Source: Candidatus Latescibacterota bacterium (lineage in GTDB: Bacteria; Latescibacterota; UBA2968). Taken from it: 64,000 nt of DNA. This document shows, in pieces, positions 50,464 through 61,597 of this stretch. The position numbers were made by a program, and so were the translations under genes. The DNA lies in assembly GCA_965116885.1 (NCBI GenBank), contig OZ220741.1:1024001-1088000 (forward strand), read 5' to 3'. Below the pieces are notes generated by a model. That model did no database searches and was not told where the DNA came from. It was given only the letters and a program-made list of their open reading frames with translations. Each line of letters begins with the position of its first letter. Within the stretch, counting starts at the first letter, position 1.

Positions 50464-52866
50464 ATGCCTGACCGCCGTTCTTCTCAACCAAAACCCCCTT
50501 CTACACTCACCAACCTCCTATCCCGCCCCTGGGTACCCATTGTATTCTTCGCCCTGCTCACCGCCGGTTATTTTTATCACATCCTCTTCACGGGCGACGT
50601 GATCTACGGCAGCGACACCGGCGCAGAATTTCATAGGGGCAACGAACCCTTTGCAGAAGCCCTGAAAAAATTGCCGCCAAAAAACTGGAGCCGATTTATG
50701 GGCGGCACCCCGGAATCGTCCGCGCTGCGATCGCAATACTATCCCCTCATCGTCATCGACCTCTTCACCAGCGAACACCGCTATTTTGGCTGGCGTTATA
50801 TCTTCGCCATGTTCACAGCCGGCTACTTCATGTACCTCTGCACACGCAGCTTTGGCCTCCACCCCCTCGCCGCCCTCATCGCAGGTGCGGCCTACGCCTC
50901 TGCCCCTGCATTCCTCTCCTTCACCCATGCCGGACACTATGCAAAAATGACCGTCATCGGCCTCTTCCCCCTCATGTACTGGGCACTCAACCGCGGCATG
51001 GACACGCGGCGCATCATCTATTTTCTCATCCTCGGCGGCACCGTCGGCATCGCCATCTACAGCCCGCACCTCCAGATGGCCTACTTTGCCCTCTGGGCAC
51101 TGGGTCTACTCTTTCTCTACAAACTCATAAAGGACCTGTTCCGTACCCAAAATAAAAAAACCGCCCTCTATCAAACCCTCCTATCGGCAGGCGCGATCTG
51201 CCTGGGCCTCGCCATAGGTGCAGAAGGCGTCATTCCCCAATACTGGAACACAAAAACATCGTCAAAACGCGCCGCCACCGAACAAACATCCGACGATGGC
51301 TACGAATTTGCCTCGTCCTGGTCGCTTCACCCCGAAGAAATATTCGCCCTCGCCATACCCGAATTTGTCGGCTTTGACACAAACACAACACCCCACAAAT
51401 ACTGGGGACGCAACGCCTTCAAAATCAACTCGGAATACGTCGGCATCGTCCCCCTCTTCTTCGCCATCTTCGCCCTCTCGCGCATACGAAAAAAGAACCA
51501 CATCGCATTCCTCCTCGGCCTCTTCATACTCGCCGTCGCCTATGCACTCGGACCCCACACCCCCCTGCACAAACTCCTGTACCACCTCATCCCCGGCGTC
51601 AGCGTACTGCGCGCGCCCGGCATGATCGCCTTCCTCTTCTCTTTTGCGCTATGTGCCCTCGGCGCGTACGGACTCCACCGCCTCATAACCGACGACACCG
51701 CCCCCGAAACCGCAAAAAAACTCGGCATCGCAGGCGGAATATGCACCGCAATCCTCCTCCTCTTTGCCTTCGTCCCCTCTGCACTCCTATCCTTATGGCA
51801 AAACATCGTCTGGACGGACATATCCGCATGGCAAGAGATCATAGTAAAAACCAGAGATACATCCCTCACCCGTCAGCAAATCGCCCAGGCGAACCTCCCC
51901 CTCACAGGACAGGGCGCATTGCTCGCCGCAATCTTCGTCGGCACGCTCACCGCCGTCTCGTATCTCCGCGCACAAAACAAACTCCAAATCCACACCTTTG
52001 CCCTCGTACTCCTCGCCATCCTCCTCATCGACACCTGGCGCATCGACAAAATGTTTCTCAACTACGTCAACCCCAACCGCGTACCACCACAGGAGCGCGT
52101 CAACGCCGACGCCGTTGCATTCCTCAAACGCGACAACAGCCTCTTCCGCGTATTCGCCCTACCAGACCACAACCAGATGCCCCTGCCCGGCATAGACCTC
52201 GTAACCGGCTTTAACGACTTTGCCATCAGACGCTACGACCACATCCTCAAATCCGGAGCCATCAACAACCCCGCGATCCTCAACCTCCTCAACACCAGAT
52301 ACATCGTCGCACCTTCTGAACTGAACATCCCCTATCTGCAAAAAATTGCCGGGCGTCAGGGACTGCACATCTACCGCAACCCCGGCGCGCTACCGTGGTT
52401 TTATCTCGCCCCCCAATACGAAATCATCCCCGATGAAAACCAGATCCTCCAAAAACTGAGCGACCCCAACACCAACCCCATACAAACAGCACTACTCGAA
52501 GAAACTCCCGGCATCGCCTCCGACACCAACGCCAGCGAAACAGACAGCATTGAACGCCTCGAATACAAAGAACACCAGGGCTACCTCAAACTCAGCACAA
52601 CAGCCCCGGGCCCCCGCATCCTCGTCATCTCGCAAAACCACCACCCCAACTGGACTGCCACCGTCAACGGCGAACCCAAACCCCTCATACGCGCCAACTA
52701 CCTCTGGACCGCAGTCGCCCTTGAACCGGGCGAACACATCGTCGAACTCACCTACCGCGACCCCATCGTAGCCACCACGCGCTGGATCACACTCGGCGGT
52801 ATCGCCATCCTCCTCATCGCAATTCCCCTCTGCATATACAATGAAAAAACCGACAACACCAACTGA
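50464..52866 (+). CDS. YfhO-family GT-C membrane protein
   Basis: Multi-TM; C-terminal HHPNWTATVNG..RANY..GEHIVELTY. Confidence 0.8.
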   Translation: MPDRRSSQPKPPSTLTNLLSRPWVPIVFFALLTAGYFYHILFTGDVIYGSDTGAEFHRGNEPFAEALKKLPPKNWSRFMGGTPESSALRSQYYPLIVIDLFTSEHRYFGWRYIFAMFTAGYFMYLCTRSFGLHPLAALIAGAAYASAPAFLSFTHAGHYAKMTVIGLFPLMYWALNRGMDTRRIIYFLILGGTVGIAIYSPHLQMAYFALWALGLLFLYKLIKDLFRTQNKKTALYQTLLSAGAICLGLAIGAEGVIPQYWNTKTSSKRAATEQTSDDGYEFASSWSLHPEEIFALAIPEFVGFDTNTTPHKYWGRNAFKINSEYVGIVPLFFAIFALSRIRKKNHIAFLLGLFILAVAYALGPHTPLHKLLYHLIPGVSVLRAPGMIAFLFSFALCALGAYGLHRLITDDTAPETAKKLGIAGGICTAILLLFAFVPSALLSLWQNIVWTDISAWQEIIVKTRDTSLTRQQIAQANLPLTGQGALLAAIFVGTLTAVSYLRAQNKLQIHTFALVLLAILLIDTWRIDKMFLNYVNPNRVPPQERVNADAVAFLKRDNSLFRVFALPDHNQMPLPGIDLVTGFNDFAIRRYDHILKSGAINNPAILNLLNTRYIVAPSELNIPYLQKIAGRQGLHIYRNPGALPWFYLAPQYEIIPDENQILQKLSDPNTNPIQTALLEETPGIASDTNASETDSIERLEYKEHQGYLKLSTTAPGPRILVISQNHHPNWTATVNGEPKPLIRANYLWTAVALEPGEHIVELTYRDPIVATTRWITLGGIAILLIAIPLCIYNEKTDNTN

Positions 52867-54373
52867 AGCATCCGCCATCCAGCGCATAGCGCACGGCGCG
52901 ATCCAAACCTTCGGCAGCACCTACCCCGCGCGAATCATCAACTTCGCGGTCCTCCTCCTGCTCTACCAGATCCTCGTACCCGAAGACTTTGGTGCCATCG
53001 CAACAGCCTATTCCATCCTCGCCCTTGTCATCGCCATCCGCGACCTCGGATTGCACTACGCCCTCTTGCACGAACACGACAACGTCCACGACCTCGCACC
53101 CACGCACTTTGTACTCAGCGTCAGTCTGGGCAGCATCAGCACACTCCTCGCCCTTGTCATCGCCCTCTATTCCGAACACCTCTTTGAACTCACCCGCACA
53201 TTCAACACGTACATCACAGACACCGATACAGAACAAACCTATCCCAAAGTCGCCATAGCCCTATGCATACTGGGCACTTTCGACCTCTTCCGAACAGCCG
53301 CCCTCACCGCCGAAACCCAGCTTCAACGCGACCTCGAATTTGGACGCCTCGCCTTTGCACATGCGGGAGGAACCATCCTCGCAGCCCTCGTCGGCCTCGC
53401 CCTCGCCTACCTCGGATACGGCAAATGGGCACTCATCCTCGGATTCTTCCCATACAGCGTCACCTATATCCTCGTCTATTGCACCGTCGTCTGGCTTCGC
53501 CATCCCCCACCAATAGGCCAACTACACACCTTCAACGCGCAAGCCGCACGGCGCATGATCCGCTACGGCTTATGGTTCTGGATCGGCGGCATACCCAAAA
53601 TCTTCATTCAACACTACGACAAACTCATCATCAGCCTGTTCTTCACCTTGAGCCTGCGCGGGATATACGACGCCGCACACAGCTTTGCACAAATACCCAC
53701 CGGAGCAATCACCATGGTCATGGTACGCATCACCGCCACAGTGTACGCGCGCTACCAGAACAACCGCGACCAACTCTCCGCAGCATACCGCCGAACCTCG
53801 CGCCTCATCCTCCGCACCACAGTTCCCATCTCCCTCGTACTCGCCCTCGAAGCCAACCGATGGATACACATCTTCAAACCCGACTGGGCACCTGCAGCCC
53901 CCCTCCTCCAATGGCTCATCATCTACGCCCTCTGCCGTCCTATCCTCGACGATGTACACGCCCTATTCTACAGTACAGGCAGCCCCAAAAGCATTGCAAA
54001 ATTCTCTGCGGCTCAAGCCCTCATCCTCCTCATCCTCGCCCCCTATCTCGCCCATCACATGGGAGCCATAGGCATCGCCATAAGCATGAACGCCATCGCC
54101 ATCGTCGGCCTCATCCTCGCACTCATCCTCGTACGCGCATACGTCGATATCCCCATCGCCAAAACTTATGCCCCCCCACTCATCGCCGCAGCCATTGGCA
54201 CCGGCATGCACTTTGCCAGTACCGAATGGCTCGATACATTGCCAATCCCAATAGGCGTCCTCGCCGGCAGCGCGATCTTTATCACAGGTTATGGCTCCGG
54301 CCTGCTCCTCGTCGAACGCAAAACACTCATCGACGAAATCAAAACCGTCATCCGCGCTATTATAAAAAAATAG
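52841..54373 (+). CDS. Oligosaccharide flippase (Wzx/PST family)
   Basis: ILVPEDFG, DLG, multiple TMs, DKLII. Confidence 0.85.
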   Translation: MKKPTTPTEASAIQRIAHGAIQTFGSTYPARIINFAVLLLLYQILVPEDFGAIATAYSILALVIAIRDLGLHYALLHEHDNVHDLAPTHFVLSVSLGSISTLLALVIALYSEHLFELTRTFNTYITDTDTEQTYPKVAIALCILGTFDLFRTAALTAETQLQRDLEFGRLAFAHAGGTILAALVGLALAYLGYGKWALILGFFPYSVTYILVYCTVVWLRHPPPIGQLHTFNAQAARRMIRYGLWFWIGGIPKIFIQHYDKLIISLFFTLSLRGIYDAAHSFAQIPTGAITMVMVRITATVYARYQNNRDQLSAAYRRTSRLILRTTVPISLVLALEANRWIHIFKPDWAPAAPLLQWLIIYALCRPILDDVHALFYSTGSPKSIAKFSAAQALILLILAPYLAHHMGAIGIAISMNAIAIVGLILALILVRAYVDIPIAKTYAPPLIAAAIGTGMHFASTEWLDTLPIPIGVLAGSAIFITGYGSGLLLVERKTLIDEIKTVIRAIIKK

Positions 54374-54422
54374 GAGCGAGCACACAGGCTCGCCCCTGAC
54401 ATTTACCTGACAAAATTTTAGG

Positions 54423-54770
54423 TCACACAGCAGCCTCTGAAGATCTTTCGCGCTCCAAAAGCTGTAAACACAACGCACGTATCTGTTCCAACTCGTGCAA
54501 AAATTCGCGCTGGGCTTCTTCGGCGGGCAAACTCTCAAATAAATCTGGCAACTGCACCCCGTGGCTCATAACCATATTGGCTTCTCGGCTTTGGAAATGC
54601 TTGCGAACATAGAGACAGTTATCCGCGTGATAAAAGCGTCCAATCGCCTCAGAAGGACTCAAAGCACCACTGTGCAATGACTGCACAAGCCCCAGATTCA
54701 AAAATGCGAACAACGCCAACCCAGACTCCCCATTAGAATCTGAAAGAAGAATGCGATGATGTGTTTTCAT
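54423..54770 (-). CDS. Small hypothetical protein (DUF3969-like, possible immunity protein)
   Basis: 115-aa helical ORF; family assignment from recalled resemblance only. Confidence 0.5.
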   Translation of the reverse strand: MKTHHRILLSDSNGESGLALFAFLNLGLVQSLHSGALSPSEAIGRFYHADNCLYVRKHFQSREANMVMSHGVQLPDLFESLPAEEAQREFLHELEQIRALCLQLLERERSSEAAV

Positions 54771-54916
54771 AAATTCACTGATTCAGATGCATAGACATTT
54801 GGATAGAGATAGAGTGGCATTCAAAAGACCTCACACGAGCAATATATCTCTTATTCTTATCAAAATACATCTATAACGCATATATATCAAGCCCCTCTCG
54901 GACGTTTTTTTGCATA

Positions 54917-54945
54917 TTGACATTTATCTCTATCTCCCTTATTAT
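54917..54945 (+). promoter_or_regulatory. Sigma70 promoter candidate
   Basis: TTGACA-17 nt-TATTAT. Confidence 0.55.
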
Positions 54946-54976
54946 TCTAAAAATAATAATTATTGGAAGAATAATA

Positions 54977-56383
54977 ATGAAATTCTACAATCGAGAAACA
55001 GAACTCGCACTCCTTCGAGAACTCACCGAAAGATCGGCGCAATATTCTCAATTCACCGCGATCTTTGGGCGCCGTCGCATAGGAAAAACAGAACTCGTGC
55101 GCCAGCATCTCCAGAACCGCGGCATCTATTTCTTTGTCGAAAAACGCCCCTCAAATGCGCTCCTCGCCGAATTTTCCGCCACCCTCAAATCGCACATTGC
55201 CCACGCGCCCGCATTCACAGATTGGAAAGACTTTTTCGTATTCCTCTTTGCCGAAACCCAACGCCACCCCCTGATCGTCGTCTTCGATGAATTTCAAAAC
55301 TTTCTCACCATCGAACCCGCCATCTATTCCATCCTCCAGAACGCGTGGGACACCTATCACAAACAATCCAGAATCCATCTCATCGCCATAGGTTCTGTCG
55401 TCGGCCTGATGAAAAAAGTCTTCCAGGACGCCAAAGAACCCCTCTACGGCCGCCTCACCCGGGAAATAGACCTCAGCCCTTTACCCATCGACGCCATCTA
55501 TCAAATCACCACAGACCTCGGCTTTCAATCGCCCACAGACATCCTGACCCTCTACGGCATCTTTGGCGGCATGCCCCGGTACTACGAAATCATAGAAAGC
55601 ATGGGCCTGGGCGGCAGCACCATCCCCCACATTCTCCATCGCGCACTGTTCACCCCCTTTGCCCCCTTTCGCAATGAAATGCGCGACATCATCCTCTCCG
55701 AATTTGGAAACACGGCCCACACCTATTTGGCAATTCTCGAAGCCATCGCCACGGGCAAAACCCGCCGATCTGAAATCGCAGGTCCCGCCGGACTACCAGC
55801 CACGAGCCTGTCCAAATACCTGCGCGAATTATCCGACCTATTCGACCTCATCGAACGCGAAGTACCCATCACTGAGCAATCGTGGAAAACAAAAAAAAGC
55901 CGCTATAAAATCCGCGACCCCTTTATCACATTCTGGATGCGATTCATCTACCGGCAATTGAGCATCTACGAATCGGGCAACTTCCCCTATTTTCTCAATC
56001 GCCTCGATACCTCCGTCTCGGAATTCATGGGCTTCGCCTTTGAAAACATCACGCGAGAACTCTTAATCCAACGCAACCACCACAACGCTGCGCCCTTCTA
56101 CTTTCACAGAATCGGACGCTGGTGGGACAGACAAAGCGAAATAGACCTCGTCGCCCTCAACCCCGAAACCCGGCAAACCCTCTTTGTAGAATGCAAATGG
56201 ACATCCTCCCCCGTTGGCACAGACGTCCTGCAAACCCTCAAACACCGCGCCCAAAACCTCCCAACCTCAGACGCTTTCTACCTCATCGCCTCAAAATCCG
56301 GATTCACCGACACCCTCAAAAACCTCCGAGGCTCACACCTTCACCTCTGGGACTCGAACGACATCGCGACATTTTTGATTTAG
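54977..56383 (+). CDS. Archaeal-type AAA ATPase with DUF234 and C-terminal PD-(D/E)XK-like domain
   Basis: FYNRETEL, GRRRIGKT, FDEFQ, GGMPRY, EIDLVA..ECKW. Confidence 0.88.
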   Translation: MKFYNRETELALLRELTERSAQYSQFTAIFGRRRIGKTELVRQHLQNRGIYFFVEKRPSNALLAEFSATLKSHIAHAPAFTDWKDFFVFLFAETQRHPLIVVFDEFQNFLTIEPAIYSILQNAWDTYHKQSRIHLIAIGSVVGLMKKVFQDAKEPLYGRLTREIDLSPLPIDAIYQITTDLGFQSPTDILTLYGIFGGMPRYYEIIESMGLGGSTIPHILHRALFTPFAPFRNEMRDIILSEFGNTAHTYLAILEAIATGKTRRSEIAGPAGLPATSLSKYLRELSDLFDLIEREVPITEQSWKTKKSRYKIRDPFITFWMRFIYRQLSIYESGNFPYFLNRLDTSVSEFMGFAFENITRELLIQRNHHNAAPFYFHRIGRWWDRQSEIDLVALNPETRQTLFVECKWTSSPVGTDVLQTLKHRAQNLPTSDAFYLIASKSGFTDTLKNLRGSHLHLWDSNDIATFLI

Positions 56384-56456
56384 AAATTGACCTTTCCCCC
56401 TCAAAACCCTATGTTTTTTCCTCTCAATCTTATAATCACGGACTAAAAACGCATCC

Positions 56457-57509
56457 ATGAAAACCCTCCTCGTCACTGGTTCATCGGGCCTCATCGGCTC
56501 AGAAGTCTGCATCTATTTTGCCGAACAGGGCTATATTGTCCACGGCATTGACAACAATCAACGCGCCGTCTTTTTTGGTCCCCAGGGAGACACGCGCTGG
56601 AATCAAAAGCGCTTAAACAACGTCCTAAAACACTTCCACCACCACGAAATAGACATCCGCGACCGTATGGGCATCTGCGAACTCCTGTCCCAAATAAAAC
56701 CCAACGCCATCATACACGCAGCCGCCCAACCCTCACACGACCTCGCCGCACGCATCCCCTTCGACGACTTTGACACCAACGCCGTCGGCACGCTCAACCT
56801 CCTCGAAGCCGCGCGTCAAACCTGTCCCGAATCTCCCTTCATCCACATGTCCACCAACAAAGTCTATGGCGATGCCCCCAACCACATTCCCTTAAAAGAA
56901 CTGGACACCCGCTATGATTACGACGACCCCGCGTACAAACACGGCATCCCCGAAACATTTACCATTGACCAGTCCAAACACTCGCTCTTCGGCGCATCCA
57001 AAGTCGCCGCCGACATCATGGTACAGGAATACGGGCGTTACTTTTCCATGCCCACCTGTTGCCTGCGCGGCGGATGCCTCACCGGACCCAATCACAGCGG
57101 CGTTGAACTCCACGGCTTCTTGAGCTACCTGATCAAATGCAACATGGAAAACCACACATACACCATCTACGGCTACAAAGGCAAACAGGTACGCGACAAT
57201 ATCCACGCCCTCGACGTCGCCCGTTTCATGTGGGCCTTTGTCCAATCCCCCCGATGCGGCGAAGTCTATAACCTCGGCGGCGGCAAAAACAACAGTTGTT
57301 CCATCCTCGAAGCATTCGATCTCGCTGCCCAATACTCCAACAAAAAAATGCAATACACCTATACCGACCAGAACCGCGAAGGCGACCATATATGCTATTA
57401 CAGCGACCTTCGCAAAATGAAATCGCACTACCCCGACTGGGACATCACAAAAACCCTCGAAGACACCTTTGCCGAAATTGTCTCAAGCTGGCAAAAACGA
57501 CTCATATAA
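56457..57509 (+). CDS. NAD-dependent epimerase (CDP-paratose 2-epimerase-like)
   Basis: [26 protein letters not shown]. Confidence 0.88.
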   Translation: MKTLLVTGSSGLIGSEVCIYFAEQGYIVHGIDNNQRAVFFGPQGDTRWNQKRLNNVLKHFHHHEIDIRDRMGICELLSQIKPNAIIHAAAQPSHDLAARIPFDDFDTNAVGTLNLLEAARQTCPESPFIHMSTNKVYGDAPNHIPLKELDTRYDYDDPAYKHGIPETFTIDQSKHSLFGASKVAADIMVQEYGRYFSMPTCCLRGGCLTGPNHSGVELHGFLSYLIKCNMENHTYTIYGYKGKQVRDNIHALDVARFMWAFVQSPRCGEVYNLGGGKNNSCSILEAFDLAAQYSNKKMQYTYTDQNREGDHICYYSDLRKMKSHYPDWDITKTLEDTFAEIVSSWQKRLI

Positions 57510-57524
57510 TCGGAGAACCGTATC

Positions 57525-58481
57525 ATGAAAATCCAGGTCTATGCCTGCCACGAAGGCGTACAGGAAAGTCTATTGCGCGAATGGGTCGCACGCGGCCATG
57601 AAGTCTATCTCACCGAAGGCGTTGGAAAATGGGATGAAACACGGGCACCAGTAGCCCTGGGCGTCAAACGCGAATGGCCAAAAAATCCCGATGTCTTATG
57701 GGTCGGCTCAACGCAGGACGTGGGACAGGCCTTTGTGTACAAATGGAAAAAATTCCGTCCCAGTATTCCCATCGTACTCACGCACTGGTGGATACCATCA
57801 ATCAGGCGATTTGCGGGAACCGTGTACAAATTCGCCCATCAAGTCAGCGTGTGCGAATGGGGCCGCGAATATCTCCTGAAACGCTGGAACATAGACTCCG
57901 CAGTCATGTACTGCCCCGTAGATCCAGACATCTTCACCTTAAGAGAAGAAGCCCCCGACCCCAAACGCGTCTTATGCGTGGGCAATCACTTCGCATCGCG
58001 CGACATCATGGGCTGGGAATATTTGGAACCCATCATGCACAAAGTCTATGAACAAGACCCCGAAGTACACTTCGAATTCCTGGGCGTCAATCCCGAAATC
58101 GACCCCAACAACTATCCCAATGTCTCCACACGCGCCCTCCCCCAAAACGAAATGCCCGACTACCAGGCCAGAGCGCGGTGCGTTGTCATCACCACCACCT
58201 TCAACCTCATCCCGCACTCGCTATTGGGCGCAATGGCACTGGGCCGCAACATCGTCGCATTTGATCTCCCGTCCCTACACGAAGTCATCGAACACGAAAA
58301 AAGCGGGTACCTGATCCCCCGTTACGATACCGACGCCTTTGCCAAACAAATCCTCCAACTCACCAGCACACCCGTCAATCCAGAAATAGGCCGCAAAGCA
58401 CGCGAAAACGTACTGGCCAAATGCGACTACCGGCTCGTGGCATCGCAGTATGAAGCATTTTTTGAAAAAATCACAACATAA
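57525..58481 (+). CDS. GT4-like glycosyltransferase
   Basis: GT-B C-terminal pattern AMALG..EVIEHEKSGYL. Confidence 0.75.
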   Translation: MKIQVYACHEGVQESLLREWVARGHEVYLTEGVGKWDETRAPVALGVKREWPKNPDVLWVGSTQDVGQAFVYKWKKFRPSIPIVLTHWWIPSIRRFAGTVYKFAHQVSVCEWGREYLLKRWNIDSAVMYCPVDPDIFTLREEAPDPKRVLCVGNHFASRDIMGWEYLEPIMHKVYEQDPEVHFEFLGVNPEIDPNNYPNVSTRALPQNEMPDYQARARCVVITTTFNLIPHSLLGAMALGRNIVAFDLPSLHEVIEHEKSGYLIPRYDTDAFAKQILQLTSTPVNPEIGRKARENVLAKCDYRLVASQYEAFFEKITT

Positions 58482-58498
58482 ACTGTGACTACAAAGAA

Positions 58499-60643
58499 AT
58501 GCAAGACATCAACAAAACACTTTTTTACGCCCTGATCGCGCTCTACGGCATCCTCATCCTGAGCACATTCCACCAGTATGGCATCACCATTGATGAACCC
58601 CCTCAAGTAGCCTATGGACAGGCCGTATTTGACTGGTATTTTGGCCAGGATACAGCCGACGACTTTGCTCGAAAAATCAAACAAATTGATCTGGAATTAT
58701 ACGGCGTCTTATTCAACCTGATCGCTTACTGTGCGTCTGAAATCCTTCCCTTTAACCTCTATGACACTCACCATCTTATCAACGCAATCGCAGGACTGCT
58801 CGGCGTTGTGGCCGTTTACAAAATCGGCTCAACACTGGGCACATCATCCACGGGCTTGCTCGCAGCGGTCCTTCTCTTGCTCATCTCCCGTTATTACGGA
58901 CACACCTTTAACAACCCAAAAGATATCCCCTTTGCCATCTGTTACGCCTGGAGTCTCTATCACTTAATCCGGGGTCTATCCGAGATCCCCCATCTCTCAT
59001 GGAAAAGAATCCTCTTCACAGGACTGAGCATTGGATTGACCCTGGGCACGCGCATTGGCGGATTAATCCTTTTTGGCTATCTCGGTTTATTCTGGACCCT
59101 AACTTATTTCTTAGACGCGATGAGAACACCCCAAAAAAAAATCGCGCACCTCAAAACATACGCGATTCAAATGGCTTCAATCATTGCCATTGCCTGGATT
59201 GCCATGCTCGCATTCTGGCCCCGAGCACAGCAGGAGCCGTTTACCTATCCATTTTACGCACTGCGCTATTTTTCACATTTTACGCATCACGCGACCACAT
59301 TTTTCGACGGGCAGATAATACAAAGTGTTGATGTGCCGCGAACCTACGCGTTGCAATGGTTCGCCATGGTCCTGCCCGAACTCCACATCCTGTGTCTCGT
59401 CGCGGGTCTATTCTATCTCGCCTGTAATTTCAAAAAACTCACCCTATCGCGTTCCCACCTGCAATGGATACTCGTCGCCTTCGCCGCTGCTTTCCCACTC
59501 ATTTACGTTATCTCAATTCACGCGCCCCTTTACGATGGTTTTCGACACCTCCTATTCATTTTTCCACCGCTCGCCGTCATCTGTGCAGGTGGTTTAGAAC
59601 GCGCAATTCGATACCTCACCAATCGCCTCCGCGTCTTCCTGATTATACCTGTCCTCCTCGCTGGATTCCATATTTACGACATGATTCTTCTACACCCCAA
59701 TGAATATGTGTACTTCAATCGCATTTATGCCGGCGGTCTTTTCAAAGCATCTCAAAAATACCAAACCGACTATTGGGAAAATACCTACAAACAGGGCATT
59801 GCCTGGCTCGATATGCATTATGCCACACTCTCGGGAGGCCGCAAACTCCGCATTGGTGCGGGAAGCCAAAATGCACAATACTTGCTCAATAAAGAGCGAT
59901 ATGTATTCGAACCGGTGCCAGAACACATCGATCTGTATTTGAGTACAACCCGCGATGATCGCCACAAGTTGATCCCCGGAGAAATCCTTCACACAGTCCA
60001 GAGAGACCGGGTACCTCTTTTTTATGTTATTCGCCCCGATAGTAGTTATAATACAGATCCATTCTTCACCAACCAGGCCATCCGGTATAAAACATTAGCG
60101 TGGAAACACATCAGAAATAAAAATTATTCAGCGGCCCGCGACGCTTACAAAAAAGCCCTCCATCACGACCCTGACGATCCGCTTGCACACACCAACATAG
60201 GCATGGCTTACTACAACTTAAAAGAATACAAAAAAGCACGAGAACACCTTGAACGAGCAATCGCGCTTGCGCCTGAATACACCACAGCGTACAAGCACCT
60301 GGGAAATGTATATGACGCCCTCAAACAATATCCCAAAGCACTATCCACATATCGCAAAATCCTGGCCCGGGAGCCAGGCCTTGTAGGTATCCAGTACAAC
60401 ATAGGCGTTGTCTCACTCAAACAATTGCAATTTGAATCTGCTATTGAGGCATTTGAAAAGGTCCTCAAATCCAATCCCGAGTATCACAATGCCCATCTGG
60501 GACTTGCAATGTCATACGAAAAGAGCAATCAGATTTTAAAAGCGATTGACGCCTATCGCAATGTGCTAAAATACAAAGGACCCGATCCCAGGATCAGAGC
60601 CAAAATACAAGCACTTCAAGATTCTTCTACATCTTCAATGTAA
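58499..60643 (+). CDS. GT-C (PMT-like) membrane protein with C-terminal TPR repeats
   Basis: GITIDE, NNPKDIPFA, YDGFRH, TDYW; several TPRs. Confidence 0.75.
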   Translation: MQDINKTLFYALIALYGILILSTFHQYGITIDEPPQVAYGQAVFDWYFGQDTADDFARKIKQIDLELYGVLFNLIAYCASEILPFNLYDTHHLINAIAGLLGVVAVYKIGSTLGTSSTGLLAAVLLLLISRYYGHTFNNPKDIPFAICYAWSLYHLIRGLSEIPHLSWKRILFTGLSIGLTLGTRIGGLILFGYLGLFWTLTYFLDAMRTPQKKIAHLKTYAIQMASIIAIAWIAMLAFWPRAQQEPFTYPFYALRYFSHFTHHATTFFDGQIIQSVDVPRTYALQWFAMVLPELHILCLVAGLFYLACNFKKLTLSRSHLQWILVAFAAAFPLIYVISIHAPLYDGFRHLLFIFPPLAVICAGGLERAIRYLTNRLRVFLIIPVLLAGFHIYDMILLHPNEYVYFNRIYAGGLFKASQKYQTDYWENTYKQGIAWLDMHYATLSGGRKLRIGAGSQNAQYLLNKERYVFEPVPEHIDLYLSTTRDDRHKLIPGEILHTVQRDRVPLFYVIRPDSSYNTDPFFTNQAIRYKTLAWKHIRNKNYSAARDAYKKALHHDPDDPLAHTNIGMAYYNLKEYKKAREHLERAIALAPEYTTAYKHLGNVYDALKQYPKALSTYRKILAREPGLVGIQYNIGVVSLKQLQFESAIEAFEKVLKSNPEYHNAHLGLAMSYEKSNQILKAIDAYRNVLKYKGPDPRIRAKIQALQDSSTSSM

Positions 60644-60653
60644 ACGCAATATC

Positions 60654-61592
60654 ATGATTTCAATTATCGTTCCCCTATACAACGAAGCACCGAATCTCGG
60701 ACCTCTAACCGATCGCCTGCACAGAGCGTCATCACAATGGCAAATGCCCTATGAAGTCATCTTTGTCGATGACGGCAGCACGGACAACAGCCGATCCATC
60801 CTCGAAGAAATTCACCAGAAGCACCCCAACCATCACTACCTCGGTCTCTCTCGAAATTTCGGACATCAACCAGCCTTGTGTGCCGGGCTCAGCCGTGCCA
60901 GAGGTAAAGCCATAGTCCTCATTGACGCGGATCTTCAAGACCCACCCGAATGTATTGCGCTTTTACTCGACAAATGGCGTGAAGGATACCAGGTCGTTTA
61001 CGGCATTCGCCAACATCGCAAAGAAAACTTCCTCAAACGCGCTTCCTACTGGATTTTTTATCGCCTTTTAAACAAACTCGCAAATATTTCCACACCCTTA
61101 GATGCCGGCGACTTTTGTGTCTTAGATCGCCAGGTGGTCGATCATCTCAATGCCCTGCCCGAACGCAACCGCTTCATGCGCGGCCTGCGCGCGTGGGTGG
61201 GCTTCTCGCAAATAGGCGTAACTTATGAACGCCAGGCGCGTTTTTCAGGAAAAAGAAAATACACCCTTCGCCACTTGCTCAAGCTGGCAATAGACGGCCT
61301 CACCAATTTCTCGATTCGCCCGCTTCAATGGGTCGGCATAATTGGCGTGCTCGTCTCCATCTTTTCTTTTTCAGGCCTTCTGTTTTACGGTATTCTAAGA
61401 ATTTTCGATCTGTCATTTTGGGGACACAGCCCTGGGGATGTTCCGGGCTTCACAACCCTGATCTTCGTAATCCTCTTCGCCAGCGGCATCCAGATGCTCG
61501 CGCTTGGCATCCTGGGTCTATACATGGGACGTATCTTCGAAGAAATCAAACAGCGCCCCCTTTACATCATCGAAAAAACATCCGACGAGTAG
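60654..61592 (+). CDS. GT2 polyprenol-phosphate glycosyltransferase (GtrB/DPM-like)
   Basis: VPLYNE, VDDGS, SRNFGHQ, DADLQDPP, two C-terminal TMs. Confidence 0.92.
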   Translation: MISIIVPLYNEAPNLGPLTDRLHRASSQWQMPYEVIFVDDGSTDNSRSILEEIHQKHPNHHYLGLSRNFGHQPALCAGLSRARGKAIVLIDADLQDPPECIALLLDKWREGYQVVYGIRQHRKENFLKRASYWIFYRLLNKLANISTPLDAGDFCVLDRQVVDHLNALPERNRFMRGLRAWVGFSQIGVTYERQARFSGKRKYTLRHLLKLAIDGLTNFSIRPLQWVGIIGVLVSIFSFSGLLFYGILRIFDLSFWGHSPGDVPGFTTLIFVILFASGIQMLALGILGLYMGRIFEEIKQRPLYIIEKTSDE

Positions 61593-61597
61593 TTTTT

